This document shows positions 27,972 through 40,315 of a stretch of DNA of 64,000 nt, piece after piece (the first letter of the stretch is position 1; the number at the start of each line of letters is the position of its first letter). The stretch lies in the NCBI GenBank assembly GCA_963795085.1, contig CAWCFX010000001.1, positions 1,248,001 to 1,312,000 of the forward strand, read 5' to 3'. A model generated the notes under the pieces. The model saw nothing but the letters and a program-made list of their open reading frames with translations. It did no database searches and had not been told where the DNA came from. This DNA is from an uncultured Gemmatimonadales bacterium (GTDB lineage: Bacteria; Gemmatimonadota; Gemmatimonadetes; Gemmatimonadales; GWC2-71-9). The translations under genes and the position numbers were made by a program.

Positions 27972-28120
27972 TCATTCCTCCGCCCGGAACAAAACACGGG
28001 ATAACTCATGATACATTGATATGGATGGTATTGTCACGATACCTTGAGATTGTCCCTCATGGCAATGACAGCCCGCGGAACGACATGCCGGGTCCGTAAC
28101 TCACACGAGGATAACCCACC

Positions 28121-30262
28121 ATGCGGATCCATTGCGGCCGGCCCTATCCGCTCGGGGCAACCTGGGATGGCATGGGCGTGAATTTCGCCATTTTCTCGGA
28201 ACGCGCCACCCGGGTCGAGCTCTGCCTCTTCGACCACCCCGACGCGCCCGCCGAGGCGCTGAGAGTCGAACTCCCGGAACAGACCGACCAGATCTGGCAC
28301 GGCTACCTCCGGGACCTGCTCCCCGGTCAGCTCTACGGCTACCGGGTCCACGGGCCGGAGGATCCCGCCGCCGGCAACCGGTTCAATGCCCGGAAGGTGC
28401 TGCTGGATCCCTACGCCAAGGCGATCGGCCGCACGGTACGCTGGGATGATACCATGTATGGCTACCGGATCGGGGATCCCCACGCCGACCTCTCGGTCGA
28501 CGAGCGGGACAATGCCGCCAGCTGCGCGCTGGGCGCCGTGATCGACCCGGCCTTTACCTGGGGCGATGACCGGCGGCCCCGGACGCCGTGGCACGAGACC
28601 ATCGTTTACGAGATGCACGTGCGGGGGTTCTCCCGCCAGCATCCCGCGCTCCCGCCTCATCTCCAGGGCACCTACGCGGGGCTGGCCAGCGAGCCGATGA
28701 TCGCCTACCTGAAGCAGCTGGGCGTCACCGCGGTCGAACTGATGCCGGTCCACCACCACGCCTTCGACCGCCACCTGCTGGAGCGCGGCCTCACCAACTA
28801 CTGGGGATATAACACCATCGCGTTCTTCGCCCCCGATCTGCGCTACGCCGCCAACCGGACTCCGGCGGGCTCGGTAGGCGAGTTCAAGACGATGGTCCGG
28901 GGGCTCCACGCGGCGGGGCTCGAGGTGATCCTCGACGTGGTGTACAACCACACGGCGGAAGGCAGCGAGCTGGGGCCCACCCTGTCGCTCCGGGGCATCG
29001 ACAACCGGGCCTACTACCGCCTGGCCGCGGAGAATCCGCGCTACTACGTGGACTATACCGGCTGCGGCAACACCCTGAACATGCTGCATCCCCGGGTGCT
29101 CCAGATCATCATGGACAGCCTCCGCTACTGGGTGCTGGAGATGCGGGTGGACGGGTTCCGCTTCGACCTGGCCAGCACCCTGGCCCGGGAGCTTCACGCG
29201 GTTGACCGGCTGAGCGCCTTCTTTGACGTGATTCACCAGGACCCGGTACTCTCCCAGGTCAAGCTGATTGCGGAGCCCTGGGACCTGGGAGAAGGCGGCT
29301 ACCAGGTGGGCAATTTCCCGGTCGGCTGGACCGAGTGGAACGGCAAGTACCGGGACTCGGTGCGCCGGTTCTGGAAAGGCGACGGCGGGATGGTCTCCGA
29401 GATCGCGTCCCGGCTGGCCGGCAGCAGCGATCTCTATGAGTGGAACGGCCGGCGACCGTACGCGAGCATCAACCTGGTCACCGCCCATGACGGCTTCACG
29501 CTGCATGACCTGGTGAGCTACAACGAGAAGCACAACGAAGCCAATGGCGAAGGCAACAACGACGGCGAGAGCCACAACCTGAGCTGGAATTGCGGGGTAG
29601 AGGGGCCCACCGACGACCCCGATATCACCGCCCTGCGGGAACAGCAGGCCCGCAATTTCCTGGCAACGCTGTTACTGTCCCAAGGTGTGCCCATGCTGGC
29701 GATGGGCGACGAGATCGGGCGGACTCAGCAGGGCAACAACAACGCCTACTGCCAGGACAACCCGATCAGCTGGGTGGACTGGGAACGGGCCAGCCGGTTC
29801 TCCGACCGGCTCGAATTCACCCGCTATCTCATCGCCCTCCGGCGGGCGCACCCGGTACTCCGGCGGCGGCGGTTCTTCCAGGGCCGGCCGATCCGGGGCC
29901 GCAACATCAAGGACATCGCCTGGGTCCGCCCCTCGGGGAAAGAGATGACGGACCAGGACTGGAGCGCCAACGCGGGCCGCACCTTCGGGGTGCGGCTGGC
30001 CGGCGCCGCCAGCGAGGAATGCGATGAACCGGGCGACGCCCCGGCCGCCGAGACGCTCTTTCTCGCGTTCAATGCGCACCATGAGCGGGTGCGCTTTGTC
30101 CTTCCTCCCACGGAAGGCGAGCGCTGGATTCGCATTCTCGACACCGCGCAACGGCAGTGGGGCCGGGAACACGTGATGCCGGGTTCCAGCTACCGGGTGG
30201 CGGGGCGCTCGGTGGCCGCGTTCCGGCAGCCCGCGACACCCGGGACCAAGGAGGAATCATGA
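28121..30262 (+). CDS. glgX: Glycogen debranching enzyme (isoamylase, GH13)
   Basis: 'PYPLGATW', 'NYWGYN', 'DVVYNH', 'DGFRFDLA', 'IAEPWD' and 'TAHDGFTL'. Confidence 0.95.
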   Translation: MRIHCGRPYPLGATWDGMGVNFAIFSERATRVELCLFDHPDAPAEALRVELPEQTDQIWHGYLRDLLPGQLYGYRVHGPEDPAAGNRFNARKVLLDPYAKAIGRTVRWDDTMYGYRIGDPHADLSVDERDNAASCALGAVIDPAFTWGDDRRPRTPWHETIVYEMHVRGFSRQHPALPPHLQGTYAGLASEPMIAYLKQLGVTAVELMPVHHHAFDRHLLERGLTNYWGYNTIAFFAPDLRYAANRTPAGSVGEFKTMVRGLHAAGLEVILDVVYNHTAEGSELGPTLSLRGIDNRAYYRLAAENPRYYVDYTGCGNTLNMLHPRVLQIIMDSLRYWVLEMRVDGFRFDLASTLARELHAVDRLSAFFDVIHQDPVLSQVKLIAEPWDLGEGGYQVGNFPVGWTEWNGKYRDSVRRFWKGDGGMVSEIASRLAGSSDLYEWNGRRPYASINLVTAHDGFTLHDLVSYNEKHNEANGEGNNDGESHNLSWNCGVEGPTDDPDITALREQQARNFLATLLLSQGVPMLAMGDEIGRTQQGNNNAYCQDNPISWVDWERASRFSDRLEFTRYLIALRRAHPVLRRRRFFQGRPIRGRNIKDIAWVRPSGKEMTDQDWSANAGRTFGVRLAGAASEECDEPGDAPAAETLFLAFNAHHERVRFVLPPTEGERWIRILDTAQRQWGREHVMPGSSYRVAGRSVAAFRQPATPGTKEES

Positions 30263-32172
30263 ACACGACCGCCCTGACGCAGGAGGAACTGGCCGCCATC
30301 GCCGACCGGTCCGGCACCCGATCGTACCGGAGCCTGGGCGCCCACCTGGCGGGAACCGGGGCCGGCACCGGGGTGCGCTTTGCCGTGGTGGCCCCCAATG
30401 CCGGCCAGGTCTCGGTGATCGGCGAATTCAATGGCTGGGACCCGGCGAAGCACCCGATGACCGGGACCGACCAGGGCGTCTGGCAGGTCTTCATTCCGGG
30501 CCTGGCTCCCGGCACCCGCTACAAGTACCGGGTGGTGTCCCGTGATGGGAAATTCCGGGCCGACAAGGCCGACCCCTACGCCTTCGCCGCCGAGCTGCCG
30601 CCGGGCACCGCGTCGGTGGTGGTGAAACCCCCGGAGTACCAGTGGCAGGACGAGACCTGGCTGGCCGAGCGGCAGGCCGGCCGGATTCATCGTTCGCCCA
30701 TGTCCATCTACGAGGTGCACCTCGGGTCCTGGCGCCGGATCCCGGAGGCCGGCAACCGGTCGCTGACCTACCGGGAGGCGGCCAGCCAGCTGGCCGAGTA
30801 CGTCGAGGCGCAGGGCTTTACCCACGTCGAGCTGATGCCGCTGGCGGAGCATCCGTTCTACGGATCCTGGGGCTACCAGGTGACCGGGTATTTTGCGCCC
30901 ACCGCCCGGTATGGCGACCCCGAGGATATGATGTTCATGGTGGACGCCTTTCACCAGCGGGGAATCGGGGTGATTCTCGACTGGGTGCCGGCGCACTTTC
31001 CCCGCGACGAACTGGGACTGGCCTATTTCGACGGTACCCACCTCTACGAGCATGCCGACCCCCGGCAGGGCCTCCATCCCGACTGGGACACTTTCGTGTT
31101 CAACTACGGCCGGGACGAAGTCCGGAACTTCCTGCTGAGCAACGCCATATTCTGGCTCGACCGCTACCATATCGACGCGCTGCGGGTGGACGCGGTCGCC
31201 TCGATGCTCTACCTCGATTACGGCCGCAAGGAAGGCGAATGGATCCCCAACCGCTTCGGCGGCCGGGAGAACCTGGAAGCGGTCGAGTTCCTGCGCACCC
31301 TCAACGAACAGCTGCACCAGGAATTTCCCGGCGCCACCGTGATCGCCGAAGAATCCACCAGCTGGCCGATGGTGTCCCGGCCCACCTACCTCGGCGGGCT
31401 GGGGTTCGGATTCAAGTGGAACATGGGCTGGATGCACGACATGCTGGACTACATGGCAAGGGATCCGGTCTACCGGACCCATCATCACAGCGCGATCACC
31501 TTCTCCCTGCTGTACGCCTTCAGCGAGAATTTCGTCCTGCCCTTCTCCCACGACGAAGTGGTGCACGGCAAGGGGTCCATGCTGGGGCGGATGCCGGGCG
31601 ACCGGTGGCAGCGCTTCGCGAACCTGCGGGCGCTGTACGGCTACATGTTCAGCCATCCCGGCAAGAAGCTGCTGTTCATGGGCGGCGAGTTCGGCCAGGA
31701 GAAGGAGTGGAACCACGAGTCCAGCCTGGACTGGCACCTGCTGGAGCAACCGGAGCACCGCGGCCTCCAGCGCTGGGTGCGCGACCTGAACACCTGCTAC
31801 CGGGGCCAGCCGGCCCTGCACCAGGTGGATTTCGAGGGCGCCGGCTTCGAATGGGTGGATTGCAATGACAACCTCCGGAGCGTGGTCAGCTTCCTCCGGC
31901 GAGCCCGCGATCCCGGCGACATGGTCCTGGTCGTCTGCAACTTCACTCCCCAGGTCCGGTCCGATTACCGGGTCGGTGTCCCGGTGGGCGGCCACTGGAC
32001 CGAGATCCTCAACAGCGATGCCTTTCTCTACGGCGGCAGCGGGCAGGGGAACATGGGCGGGGTGGAAGCGGCGCCGGCGCCGATGCACGGCCGCCCCTGG
32101 TCGCTCGCACTCACCCTGCCGCCGCTCAGTGTCATCGCCTTCCACGCTCCTCCGCCGGAGGAGGCGGAATGA
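30259..32172 (+). CDS. glgB: 1,4-alpha-glucan branching enzyme (GH13, short form without the N-terminal extension)
   Basis: 'IYEVHLGSW', 'SWGYQ', 'LRVDAVASM', 'AEESTSWP' and 'SHDEVVHGK'. RBS AGGAGG and ATGA overlap with glgX. Confidence 0.95.
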   Translation: MNTTALTQEELAAIADRSGTRSYRSLGAHLAGTGAGTGVRFAVVAPNAGQVSVIGEFNGWDPAKHPMTGTDQGVWQVFIPGLAPGTRYKYRVVSRDGKFRADKADPYAFAAELPPGTASVVVKPPEYQWQDETWLAERQAGRIHRSPMSIYEVHLGSWRRIPEAGNRSLTYREAASQLAEYVEAQGFTHVELMPLAEHPFYGSWGYQVTGYFAPTARYGDPEDMMFMVDAFHQRGIGVILDWVPAHFPRDELGLAYFDGTHLYEHADPRQGLHPDWDTFVFNYGRDEVRNFLLSNAIFWLDRYHIDALRVDAVASMLYLDYGRKEGEWIPNRFGGRENLEAVEFLRTLNEQLHQEFPGATVIAEESTSWPMVSRPTYLGGLGFGFKWNMGWMHDMLDYMARDPVYRTHHHSAITFSLLYAFSENFVLPFSHDEVVHGKGSMLGRMPGDRWQRFANLRALYGYMFSHPGKKLLFMGGEFGQEKEWNHESSLDWHLLEQPEHRGLQRWVRDLNTCYRGQPALHQVDFEGAGFEWVDCNDNLRSVVSFLRRARDPGDMVLVVCNFTPQVRSDYRVGVPVGGHWTEILNSDAFLYGGSGQGNMGGVEAAPAPMHGRPWSLALTLPPLSVIAFHAPPPEEAE

Positions 32173-34079
32173 GGAACACCCGGCCGGGCCACGGTGCCCG
32201 GTGGCTGGGCGAGGCGACCCGGTTCCGGGTCTGGGCGCCCGAGGCGCGCGGCGTGGAGCTGGTCCTTGGACCCGAGGACGGCACGACCCGGGTCGCGATG
32301 GCCCCGTTGGACGGCGGCTGGTTCGAGCTGCGACGCCCGGACTCACCGCCGGGAACCCGTTACCGGTACTCGATAGACGACGGGTCACCCCTTCCTGATC
32401 CTGCCTCCTCGTTTCAGCCCGCGGGCGTGCATGGGCCCTCCGAGGTCGTGGATCATGGCGCCTTCCCGTGGACCGACCAGGACTGGTCCGGAGTGCGGCT
32501 CGACGACCTGGTCCTCTACGAACTGCACGTGGGGACCTTCACGCCGGAAGGCACCTTCGGGGCCGCCATCCACCGGCTGCCCTACCTGGCGGAGCTCGGC
32601 GTCACCGCGATCGAGTTGATGCCGGTCGCCGATTTTCCGGGCGAACGGAACTGGGGTTACGACGGGGTGGCGCCCTATGCGCCGGCCCGCTGTTACGGGC
32701 GCCCCGACGATCTCCGCGCGCTGGTGGACGCTGCCCACGGGGCCGGCCTCGCCGTCCATCTCGACGTGGTGTACAACCACCTGGGACCGGATGGTGCCTA
32801 CCAGGGTTCTTACGCCTCGCGCTATTACTCGGTGACCCACCAGACCCCCTGGGGGGCCGCCATCAACTTCGATGGCCCCGACAGCGCGCCGGTGCGCCAG
32901 TACGTGGTCGACAACGCCGTGGCCTGGATCCGGGATTATCACATCGACGGCCTCCGGCTCGACGCCACCCACGCCATCATGGACGAGAGTCCCCGCCATA
33001 TCCTGGCCGAGATCGCGGACGCGGTCCACCAGGCCGGCCGGGAGGCGGGCCGGGCGGCGCTGGTGATCGCGGAAGACGCGCGGAACCTCGCCCACCTGGT
33101 GCGTCCGGAAGCCGAGGGCGGATTCGGCCTCGACGCCGTGTGGTCGGATGACTTCCACCACCAGATGCGCCGCCGGCTGGCAGGCGACCGGGACGGGTAC
33201 TTCCAGGATTTCGACGGGACGGCGGCGGATATCGCCGCCACGGTGCGGCAGGGCTGGTTCTACTGCGGCCAGCATTCCGGGTATACCGGCCGCCCCCGGG
33301 GCAGCGATCCGGCGGGCCTGTCGCCCCGTCGCTTCGTGATGTTCCTGCAGAATCATGACCAGGTCGGGAACCGTGCCTACGGCGAGCGGCTGCACCACCA
33401 GGTGGCGCCCTCGGCGTACCGGGCCGCGTCGGTGTTGCTCCTCCTGCTGCCGGAGACGCCACTCCTGTTCATGGGCCAGGAATGGGCGGCCTCCAGCCCC
33501 ATGCTGTTCTTTACCGACCACCACGAGGCGCTGGGGGAGGCGGTGCGCAACGGACGGCGGGCGGAGTTCGCCCGCTTCGCCGCCTTTGCGGATTCCGCGA
33601 CCCGGGCCCGCATCCCGGATCCCCAGGCGGCGAGCACCTTTGCCAACAGCCGTCTCTCCTGGCGCGAACAGGATGAGAAATACCACCGGCAGGTGCTGCT
33701 GCTCTACCGCGCGCTGCTGGCCCTCCGTCGCGGCCACCCCCCGGCGGGATCCGGAGCGGCGGAGGTGGCCGACTGGTCGCCGGACGTGCTGCTGCTGCGC
33801 CGGGAGGGCCCCGGCGGGTCCGGCCTGCTCGCGGTGATTCGGCTGGAGGGGAGCGGGGCGGTGGACCTGGCGGGACACGCGGCGGCACGGCTCGCGCCGG
33901 GGCAGCGGTGGCAACTGGCGCTCTCGACCGGGGACCCGGCGTTCAATGCGGATGGGCCGGCGATCGGGGTGGAAGCCGGTGGGACGGGGCCGGGGGAGAG
34001 CGGGACCGCGCTGGCGCCGGTGATCCACTTCCCAGAGGCGGGCGCGGTGGTGTTCACCACCGGGGCGCACGCCCGCTGA
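32169..34079 (+). CDS. treZ: Malto-oligosyltrehalose trehalohydrolase
   Basis: 'YELHVGTF', 'NWGYDGV', 'LRLDATHAI', 'IAED' and '[10 protein letters not shown]'. Confidence 0.95.
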   Translation: MRNTRPGHGARWLGEATRFRVWAPEARGVELVLGPEDGTTRVAMAPLDGGWFELRRPDSPPGTRYRYSIDDGSPLPDPASSFQPAGVHGPSEVVDHGAFPWTDQDWSGVRLDDLVLYELHVGTFTPEGTFGAAIHRLPYLAELGVTAIELMPVADFPGERNWGYDGVAPYAPARCYGRPDDLRALVDAAHGAGLAVHLDVVYNHLGPDGAYQGSYASRYYSVTHQTPWGAAINFDGPDSAPVRQYVVDNAVAWIRDYHIDGLRLDATHAIMDESPRHILAEIADAVHQAGREAGRAALVIAEDARNLAHLVRPEAEGGFGLDAVWSDDFHHQMRRRLAGDRDGYFQDFDGTAADIAATVRQGWFYCGQHSGYTGRPRGSDPAGLSPRRFVMFLQNHDQVGNRAYGERLHHQVAPSAYRAASVLLLLLPETPLLFMGQEWAASSPMLFFTDHHEALGEAVRNGRRAEFARFAAFADSATRARIPDPQAASTFANSRLSWREQDEKYHRQVLLLYRALLALRRGHPPAGSGAAEVADWSPDVLLLRREGPGGSGLLAVIRLEGSGAVDLAGHAAARLAPGQRWQLALSTGDPAFNADGPAIGVEAGGTGPGESGTALAPVIHFPEAGAVVFTTGAHAR

Positions 34080-34081
34080 CG

Positions 34082-36958
34082 ATGGTCACCGCTCCGCGGC
34101 GGCGTCCGCTCAGCAGCTACCGGTTACAGCTGGGGGCCGGCCTCGATTTCCCGGGTGCCGCCCGGCTGGTTCCCTATCTTGCCGATCTGGGCATCACGGA
34201 ATGCTACTGCTCGCCCATTCTCGCCGCTCGTCCGGGCAGCTCCCACGGCTACGACGTCTGTGACCACCAGCGGCTGAGCGACGAGCTGGGCGGGGAGGTC
34301 GGCTTCGCCGAACTGGCCGGCGCGCTCAAGGCCCACGGCATGGGCCTGCTGGTGGACTTCGTGCCCAACCACATGGCCGCCGACCCGTCGGCCAATGCCT
34401 GGTGGCGCAGTGTCCTGGAGAACGGCCCCTCCTCGCCGTTTGCGGAGTTTTTCGATATTGACTGGGATCCGGTCAAGCCGGAACTCAAGGGGCGGCTGCT
34501 GCTTCCCATCCTGGGTGACCAGTACGGAGTCACCCTGGAGGCCGGGCACCTGCGGCTGGTGCTGGCGCAGGGCACCATCGTTCTCCGGTACTTCGAACAT
34601 GACCTGCCGCTCAACCCGCGCCAGCTGCGGCAAGTCCTGGAGCACGGCCTCTCCGGGCTGCAGGCCGCGCTCCCCCAGGGCGATCCGGACCTGGTGGAGT
34701 TCCAGAGCATCGTCTTTCACCTCGAGCACCTGCCGGCGTACACCACCACGGACCGGGACCGGATCGACGAGCGGCGCCGCGAGAAGCAGGTGGCGATGGG
34801 ACGCCTGGCGGCGCTCCTCGATCATGCCCCGGCGGTCCGCTCCGGGCTGGAACAGAGTATCGCGACCTTCAACGGGGTGCCCGGCGAGCGGCACTCCTTT
34901 GATCTGCTGCACCGGCTGCTGGAGGCACAGCCTTACCGGCTGGCGTCCTGGCGCACCGCCATGCACGAGATCAACTATCGCCGGTTTTTCGACGTGAACG
35001 AACTGGCGGGCCTCCGGCAGGAGGAACCCGCCGTTTTCGAGGCGAGCCACCGGCTGGTGGCCCGGCTGGTGGAGCAGGGCGTGGTCACCGGCATCCGGCT
35101 GGATCATGTGGACGGGCTGTTCGAGCCGGGCGCCTACCTCTCCCGGTTGGCGGCACTCTGGGGCGGGGCCGGCCCGGTCTGGACATTGGTGGAAAAGATC
35201 CTGGCCCCGGGTGAACAGATCAACCCGGAATGGCCGGTACACGGGACCACCGGATATGACTTTCTGAACCAGGTAAACGCCGTCCTGGTGGATCCGCAGG
35301 GTGTCGCGGCGCTGGAGCGGTTCTATGCCCGGTTTACCGGGCAGGACCAGCCGTTCGATGAAGTGGTGTACGCCAGCAAGAAGACCATCATTGCCACGTC
35401 GATGGCCGCCGAGTTGAACGTGCTCGCGGCGGCGCTCAACCGGATTTCCGAAGGCGACCGGCGGTCCCGCGACTTCACGCTGGACAGCCTGCAGGAAGCG
35501 TTGGCGGAAGTGGTGGCCTGTTTCCCGGCCTATCGCACCTACGTGCGGCCGGGCGGATGGGCGCCGGCCGACGAAGCGATGGTGGACCAGGTCATCGCGG
35601 AGGCGCTGCGCCGCAACCCGGCACTGGAACCGACCATCTTCGGCTTTATCCGCTCCATGCTGCTGCCGTCGCCGGCGGCGGCGGCGGATTCCGGCGAGCT
35701 GGACCGGCGGGTGCGCTTTGCCATGAAGTTCCAGCAGTACACCGCCCCGGTGCAGGCTAAAGGGGTGGAAGACACCGCCTTCTACCGCTCCGCACCGCTG
35801 GCCTCGCTCAACGAAGTCGGCGGACACCCGGAAGTACCCGCGGATCCAGTGGCGGCGCTGCATGGCGCCAATGCCGAGCGGCAGCGGCGTGCCCCGCTGA
35901 CTCTGCTCGCCACCGCGACCCACGACACCAAGTGGGGAGAGGACGCCCGGGCGCGGCTGTCGGTGCTTTCGGAGATCCCCCGGCAGTGGCAGGCGCTGGT
36001 TACCCGCTGGCACAAGCTCGCCGCGCCGGCCCTGACCAGGGTGAGCGGGGAGCTGGCTCCCGGCGCCGCCGACGAGTACCGGTTCTACCAGGCGCTGGCC
36101 GCGATCTGGCCGGCTGATGGCGGTCCCGCTGCCGGAGGCGCGCTGCGGGAACGGATCCAGGCGTACATGCGGAAGGCGATGCGGGAGGCCAAGGTCCATA
36201 CCAGTTGGATCAATCCGATGGCGGCGTATGAAAGCGCCACCGACGATTTCGTGGCCACCATGCTGGACGGGCACTGCGCCCCCGGCTTTCTCCGTTCCTT
36301 TGTCCCGGTGGCGCGCCGGCTGGCGTGGCTGGGCATGATCAACTCCATCTCCCAGCTTCTGCTCAAGACGGCCTCGCCCGGGGTCCCCGATGTGTACCAG
36401 GGAACCGAGCTGTGGGACTTGAGCCTGGTGGATCCCGACAATCGGCGGCCGGTGGACTTCGCAGCCCGCCGGGCGCTGCTCGGGGAACTGGATGCGATGC
36501 CCGGTTTGGGCGGGGGGGCCGGCGCGGCCGCCGCCCGGGCCTTGATCGCCGACTGGAAGTCCGGCCGTATCAAGCTGCTCGTGACGGCGGCGGCCCTGCG
36601 GCTTCGGCGCACCCATCCGGCGCGCTTTCTCGAGGGCGAGTACCGGGCGCTTCCGGTGACGGGGGCGCGGGCGGGGCACCTGGTAGCCCTGGCCCGGGGG
36701 CGAGGGGCCGAGTCGGTGCTGGTCGTGGTGCCCCGGCTGCCCGGACTCGCGGGGTGGAAGGACGGGACGCACCTGCCGGTCGGGTCTCGTGCCTGGGAGA
36801 ATACCGCCGTGGCGCTGCCACCGGACCTGGCCCGGGTGGACTGGCGGCACCAGGTCACCGGCGCCGCCGTGCAGGCCGAGAACGGACAACTGGCCGCGGC
36901 CACCGCCCTCGCCGACATTCCGTGGGGCCTGTTTCTCGGCGAAGGCGGGCTGCGCTGA
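34082..36958 (+). CDS. treY: Malto-oligosyltrehalose synthase
   Basis: 'SYRLQ', 'SHGYDV', 'INYRRFFD', 'IRLDHVDGL', 'VEKIL' and 'ATHDTK'. Start ATG 34082. Confidence 0.95.
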   Translation: MVTAPRRRPLSSYRLQLGAGLDFPGAARLVPYLADLGITECYCSPILAARPGSSHGYDVCDHQRLSDELGGEVGFAELAGALKAHGMGLLVDFVPNHMAADPSANAWWRSVLENGPSSPFAEFFDIDWDPVKPELKGRLLLPILGDQYGVTLEAGHLRLVLAQGTIVLRYFEHDLPLNPRQLRQVLEHGLSGLQAALPQGDPDLVEFQSIVFHLEHLPAYTTTDRDRIDERRREKQVAMGRLAALLDHAPAVRSGLEQSIATFNGVPGERHSFDLLHRLLEAQPYRLASWRTAMHEINYRRFFDVNELAGLRQEEPAVFEASHRLVARLVEQGVVTGIRLDHVDGLFEPGAYLSRLAALWGGAGPVWTLVEKILAPGEQINPEWPVHGTTGYDFLNQVNAVLVDPQGVAALERFYARFTGQDQPFDEVVYASKKTIIATSMAAELNVLAAALNRISEGDRRSRDFTLDSLQEALAEVVACFPAYRTYVRPGGWAPADEAMVDQVIAEALRRNPALEPTIFGFIRSMLLPSPAAAADSGELDRRVRFAMKFQQYTAPVQAKGVEDTAFYRSAPLASLNEVGGHPEVPADPVAALHGANAERQRRAPLTLLATATHDTKWGEDARARLSVLSEIPRQWQALVTRWHKLAAPALTRVSGELAPGAADEYRFYQALAAIWPADGGPAAGGALRERIQAYMRKAMREAKVHTSWINPMAAYESATDDFVATMLDGHCAPGFLRSFVPVARRLAWLGMINSISQLLLKTASPGVPDVYQGTELWDLSLVDPDNRRPVDFAARRALLGELDAMPGLGGGAGAAAARALIADWKSGRIKLLVTAAALRLRRTHPARFLEGEYRALPVTGARAGHLVALARGRGAESVLVVVPRLPGLAGWKDGTHLPVGSRAWENTAVALPPDLARVDWRHQVTGAAVQAENGQLAAATALADIPWGLFLGEGGLR

Positions 36959-36988
36959 CCTGAAGAATTCTTTCCCAGTGGAGGGGCA

Positions 36989-39900
36989 GTGAGCAGACTA
37001 CCGGGCAGTTCCAGCGATCCGCTGTGGTACAAGGACGCGATCATCTACGAGGTCCACGTCCGCTGTTTCCACGACGCCAACAACGACGGCGTCGGCGATT
37101 TTCGCGGACTGATCCAGAAACTGGATTACCTGCAGGACCTGGGCGTCACCTGCCTCTGGATCCTGCCGTTCTTCCCTTCTCCCCTCCGGGACGATGGGTA
37201 CGATATCGCCCACTATACCAGCGTCCATCCCAGCTACGGCACCCTCGAGGACTTCAAGGAGTTCCTGGACGCGGCCCACGATCGCGGCATGCAGGTGCTG
37301 ATCGAACTGATCATCAACCACACCTCCGACCAGCATCCCTGGTTCCAGGCGGCGCGGCAGGCGCCGCCCGGCTCCCCCGAGCGGGACTACTACGTCTGGA
37401 GCGATACCGACCAGAAGTACGCCGGCACCCGGGTCATCTTCACCGATACTCACACGTCCAACTGGACCTGGGACCCGGTCGCCAAGGCGTATTTCTGGCA
37501 CCGGTTCTTCTCCCATCAGCCCGATCTCAACTTCGATAACCCGGTGGTGGAGCAGGAGGTCATCCGCGTCATGGAGTTCTGGCTCGAGCTCGGCGTGGAC
37601 GCCCTCCGGCTGGACGCGATTCCCTACCTGATCGAGCGGGAGGGGACCAACAACGAGAACCTCCCGGAGACCCACCAGGTCATCAAGCGCCTGCGGGCCG
37701 CGCTGGACGCCCGCTTTTCCGGGCGGCTTCTCCTGGCCGAGGCCAACCAGTGGCCCGCCGAGGTACGGGCCTACTTCGGCGACGAAGACGAGTGCCACAT
37801 GGCGTTTCACTTCCCGCTGATGCCGCGGCTCTTCATGGCGCTCCGGCTGGAGGATCGTCACCCGGTCACCGAGATCATGCGGCAGACCCCGCCGATTCCC
37901 GAGTCCTGCCAGTGGGGCCTCTTTCTCCGGAACCACGACGAGCTGACGCTGGAGATGGTCACCGACGAAGAGCGGGACTACATGTATTTCGCCTACAGCG
38001 CCGATCCCCGGATGCGGGTGAACGTGGGGATCCGGCGGCGGCTGGCGCCGCTGCTGGAGAACGACCGCGACCGGATCGAGCTGCTGCATAGCATCCTGCT
38101 TTCGTTCCCCGGTACCCCGGTGCTGTACTACGGGGACGAGATCGGCATGGGGGACAATATCTACCTGGGCGACCGGCATGGGGTGCGCACCCCCATGCAG
38201 TGGAGCGGAGACCGGAACGCCGGGTTCTCCCGCGCCAACCCCGCCCGGCTCTACAGCCCGGTGGTCATGGACGCGGTCTACGGCTACGAAGCGGTCAACG
38301 TGGAGGCGCGGCAGTCCGAACCGTCCAGCCTGCTCAACTGGATCAAGCACATGATCGGGATCCGGAAGCTGTTCCACGTGTTCGGCCGGGGCAGCACCGA
38401 GTTTCTCGACCCCGCCAACCGCAAGGTGCTGGCCTACCTCCGGCGCTACGAGGGCGAGGTGGTGCTGTGCGTCGCCAACCTCTCCCGCTTCGCGCAGCCG
38501 TTCGAACTGGACCTGGCCTCCGTCACGGGGATGACGCCGGTCGAAATGCGCGGCTACGTGGACTTTCCGAAGATCGGCAGGACCCCCTACCCGCTGACCC
38601 TGGGGCCGTACGGGTTCCTCTGGCTGGAACTGCAGAACCGGGAAGAACCGGCCAGCCCGCTGGTGGCCGAGCCCGCACTGGTGGTCCCGGCGGCCGATCC
38701 GTGGGCGGGATTGCTGCAGGGCAGCATGCGGCGCACCCTGGAAGAACGGTTTCTCCCCGAGTTCCTGCCCCGCCAGCGCTGGTTCGGCGGCAAGGCCCGG
38801 GTCATCACCAGCTGCCGGCTGGAGGACAGCATCCGGCTGACCGATCGCGCGGGGCTGTTGATCCTGAACCTGCAGTATGCCGACGGCAGAGTGGAGCACT
38901 ATCTCGCGGCGCTGGCCATCACCCTGGGCGAAAGGGCGATGAAGCTGCGCGAGGAACACCCCGGCGCCATCGTGGGCAACATCACCGCCGGCAACGAATC
39001 TGGTGTGCTGCACGACGCCCTGTTTTCCGATGATGCCTGCCGGGCCCTGCTGGAACTGGCCCGAACCGCGGGGCGAGTGGAAGGAGAGACAGGCACCGTG
39101 GCCGGAACGCCAAGCCAGGTCCTGCGTGACCAGGAGCCGCCCGGGAACGGATGGCCGGTGTCCCGAATCGGCGGAGAGCAGAGTAACAGCTCGATCATTT
39201 TCGGAGACCAGTTCATCCTGAAAGTTTTTCGCCGGCTGGAGCGGGGTCCCAATCCCGACTGCGAGATCACCCGCTACCTGACCGAGGAACGCAAGTTCCC
39301 CGGGGTGCCCGCCTTTGCCGGGAGCCTGGAATACCTGACGCCGGAGGCGGAATCAGTCACCCTCGGGCTGGTGCAGCGGCTGGTGCCCAACCAGGGTGAC
39401 GGCTGGAAGTGGATGGTCGAGGAACTGGGACGCTACTATGAACGCGTCAAGACCCTCCCCGCGGAAGCGTCTCCCCGAACGCCTCCAGCCCCCGAAGTCG
39501 AGGAACTCCTGGCGGTGTCCAAGGAGGCGGCCGCCTCCCTGGGCCGGCGGACCGGCGCCCTGCACCTGGCGCTCGCCGAGCCCACGACCGACCCTGCCTT
39601 TGCGCCGGTACCGCTGGCCGCCGCGGATGTCCGGGCTCTCGCCGAGCAGATCCAGCAGCATGCCGGCGAGGTGCTCGAGCAGTTGAAGCTCACGCTGCCC
39701 CGCCTCGACAACGACCTGGTCGAACCGGCCAGCCGGGTGATCAGTTACCGCAGCCTGATCCTCTCCCGGATCGGCCGGCTGTCCCACCTCGAGCCGGGCT
39801 CGATCCAGACCCGGGTGCACGGCGACTATCACCTGGGCCAGGTGCTCCGGGCGGGGCAGGAGTTCGTGATCCTGGACTTCGAAGGTGAGCCGGCCCGCAG

Positions 39901-40315
39901 CCTCGCCGACCGGCGCGCCAAGCATTCGCCGCTCAAGGACGTGGCGGGGATGCTCCGATCCTTCAGCTATGCGGCCCGCTTTGGACTCCGCGACAGCGCG
40001 GCCCGGGGCGCCGGCGATCCGGCCCGGCTGGAACCCTGGGCCCGGCTCTGGGAGCAGTCCATCGCCGCCGTCTACCTGGAGGCGTATCAGCGGACCGTCG
40101 CCGGCTCTCCCATCATCCCCTCGGCGCGGGACCAGGCGAGGCACCTGCTCGATGCGTTCCTGCTCGACAAGGCCCTGTACGAGTTGCGCTACGAATTGGG
40201 CAACCGTCCCGCCTGGGTGGGCGTGCCGCTGGAGGGCATCCTGGGACTGGTGGACGCGGGAGAACAGCCCGGGGAAACCGGGCCCCGCCGCGCTAGGTCC
40301 GGGGATGGACCGTGA
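36989..40315 (+). CDS. treS: Trehalose synthase fused to maltokinase (TreS-Mak/Pep2)
   Basis: TreS 'WYKDAIIYE', 'LRLDAIPYL' and 'FLRNHDEL'. Maltokinase 'EQSNSS', '[10 protein letters not shown]', 'ILDFEGEP' and 'DVAGMLRSF'. Confidence 0.95.
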   Translation: MSRLPGSSSDPLWYKDAIIYEVHVRCFHDANNDGVGDFRGLIQKLDYLQDLGVTCLWILPFFPSPLRDDGYDIAHYTSVHPSYGTLEDFKEFLDAAHDRGMQVLIELIINHTSDQHPWFQAARQAPPGSPERDYYVWSDTDQKYAGTRVIFTDTHTSNWTWDPVAKAYFWHRFFSHQPDLNFDNPVVEQEVIRVMEFWLELGVDALRLDAIPYLIEREGTNNENLPETHQVIKRLRAALDARFSGRLLLAEANQWPAEVRAYFGDEDECHMAFHFPLMPRLFMALRLEDRHPVTEIMRQTPPIPESCQWGLFLRNHDELTLEMVTDEERDYMYFAYSADPRMRVNVGIRRRLAPLLENDRDRIELLHSILLSFPGTPVLYYGDEIGMGDNIYLGDRHGVRTPMQWSGDRNAGFSRANPARLYSPVVMDAVYGYEAVNVEARQSEPSSLLNWIKHMIGIRKLFHVFGRGSTEFLDPANRKVLAYLRRYEGEVVLCVANLSRFAQPFELDLASVTGMTPVEMRGYVDFPKIGRTPYPLTLGPYGFLWLELQNREEPASPLVAEPALVVPAADPWAGLLQGSMRRTLEERFLPEFLPRQRWFGGKARVITSCRLEDSIRLTDRAGLLILNLQYADGRVEHYLAALAITLGERAMKLREEHPGAIVGNITAGNESGVLHDALFSDDACRALLELARTAGRVEGETGTVAGTPSQVLRDQEPPGNGWPVSRIGGEQSNSSIIFGDQFILKVFRRLERGPNPDCEITRYLTEERKFPGVPAFAGSLEYLTPEAESVTLGLVQRLVPNQGDGWKWMVEELGRYYERVKTLPAEASPRTPPAPEVEELLAVSKEAAASLGRRTGALHLALAEPTTDPAFAPVPLAAADVRALAEQIQQHAGEVLEQLKLTLPRLDNDLVEPASRVISYRSLILSRIGRLSHLEPGSIQTRVHGDYHLGQVLRAGQEFVILDFEGEPARSLADRRAKHSPLKDVAGMLRSFSYAARFGLRDSAARGAGDPARLEPWARLWEQSIAAVYLEAYQRTVAGSPIIPSARDQARHLLDAFLLDKALYELRYELGNRPAWVGVPLEGILGLVDAGEQPGETGPRRARSGDGP

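Noticed and set aside
23713..39013. Very long antisense ORFs (e.g. 23713..26343 +, 25995..28004 +, 30190..32388 -, 34124..36889 -, 36998..39013 -)
   Set aside because: These mirror well-supported genes on the opposite strand, are expected in high-GC DNA, and have no recognisable motifs.
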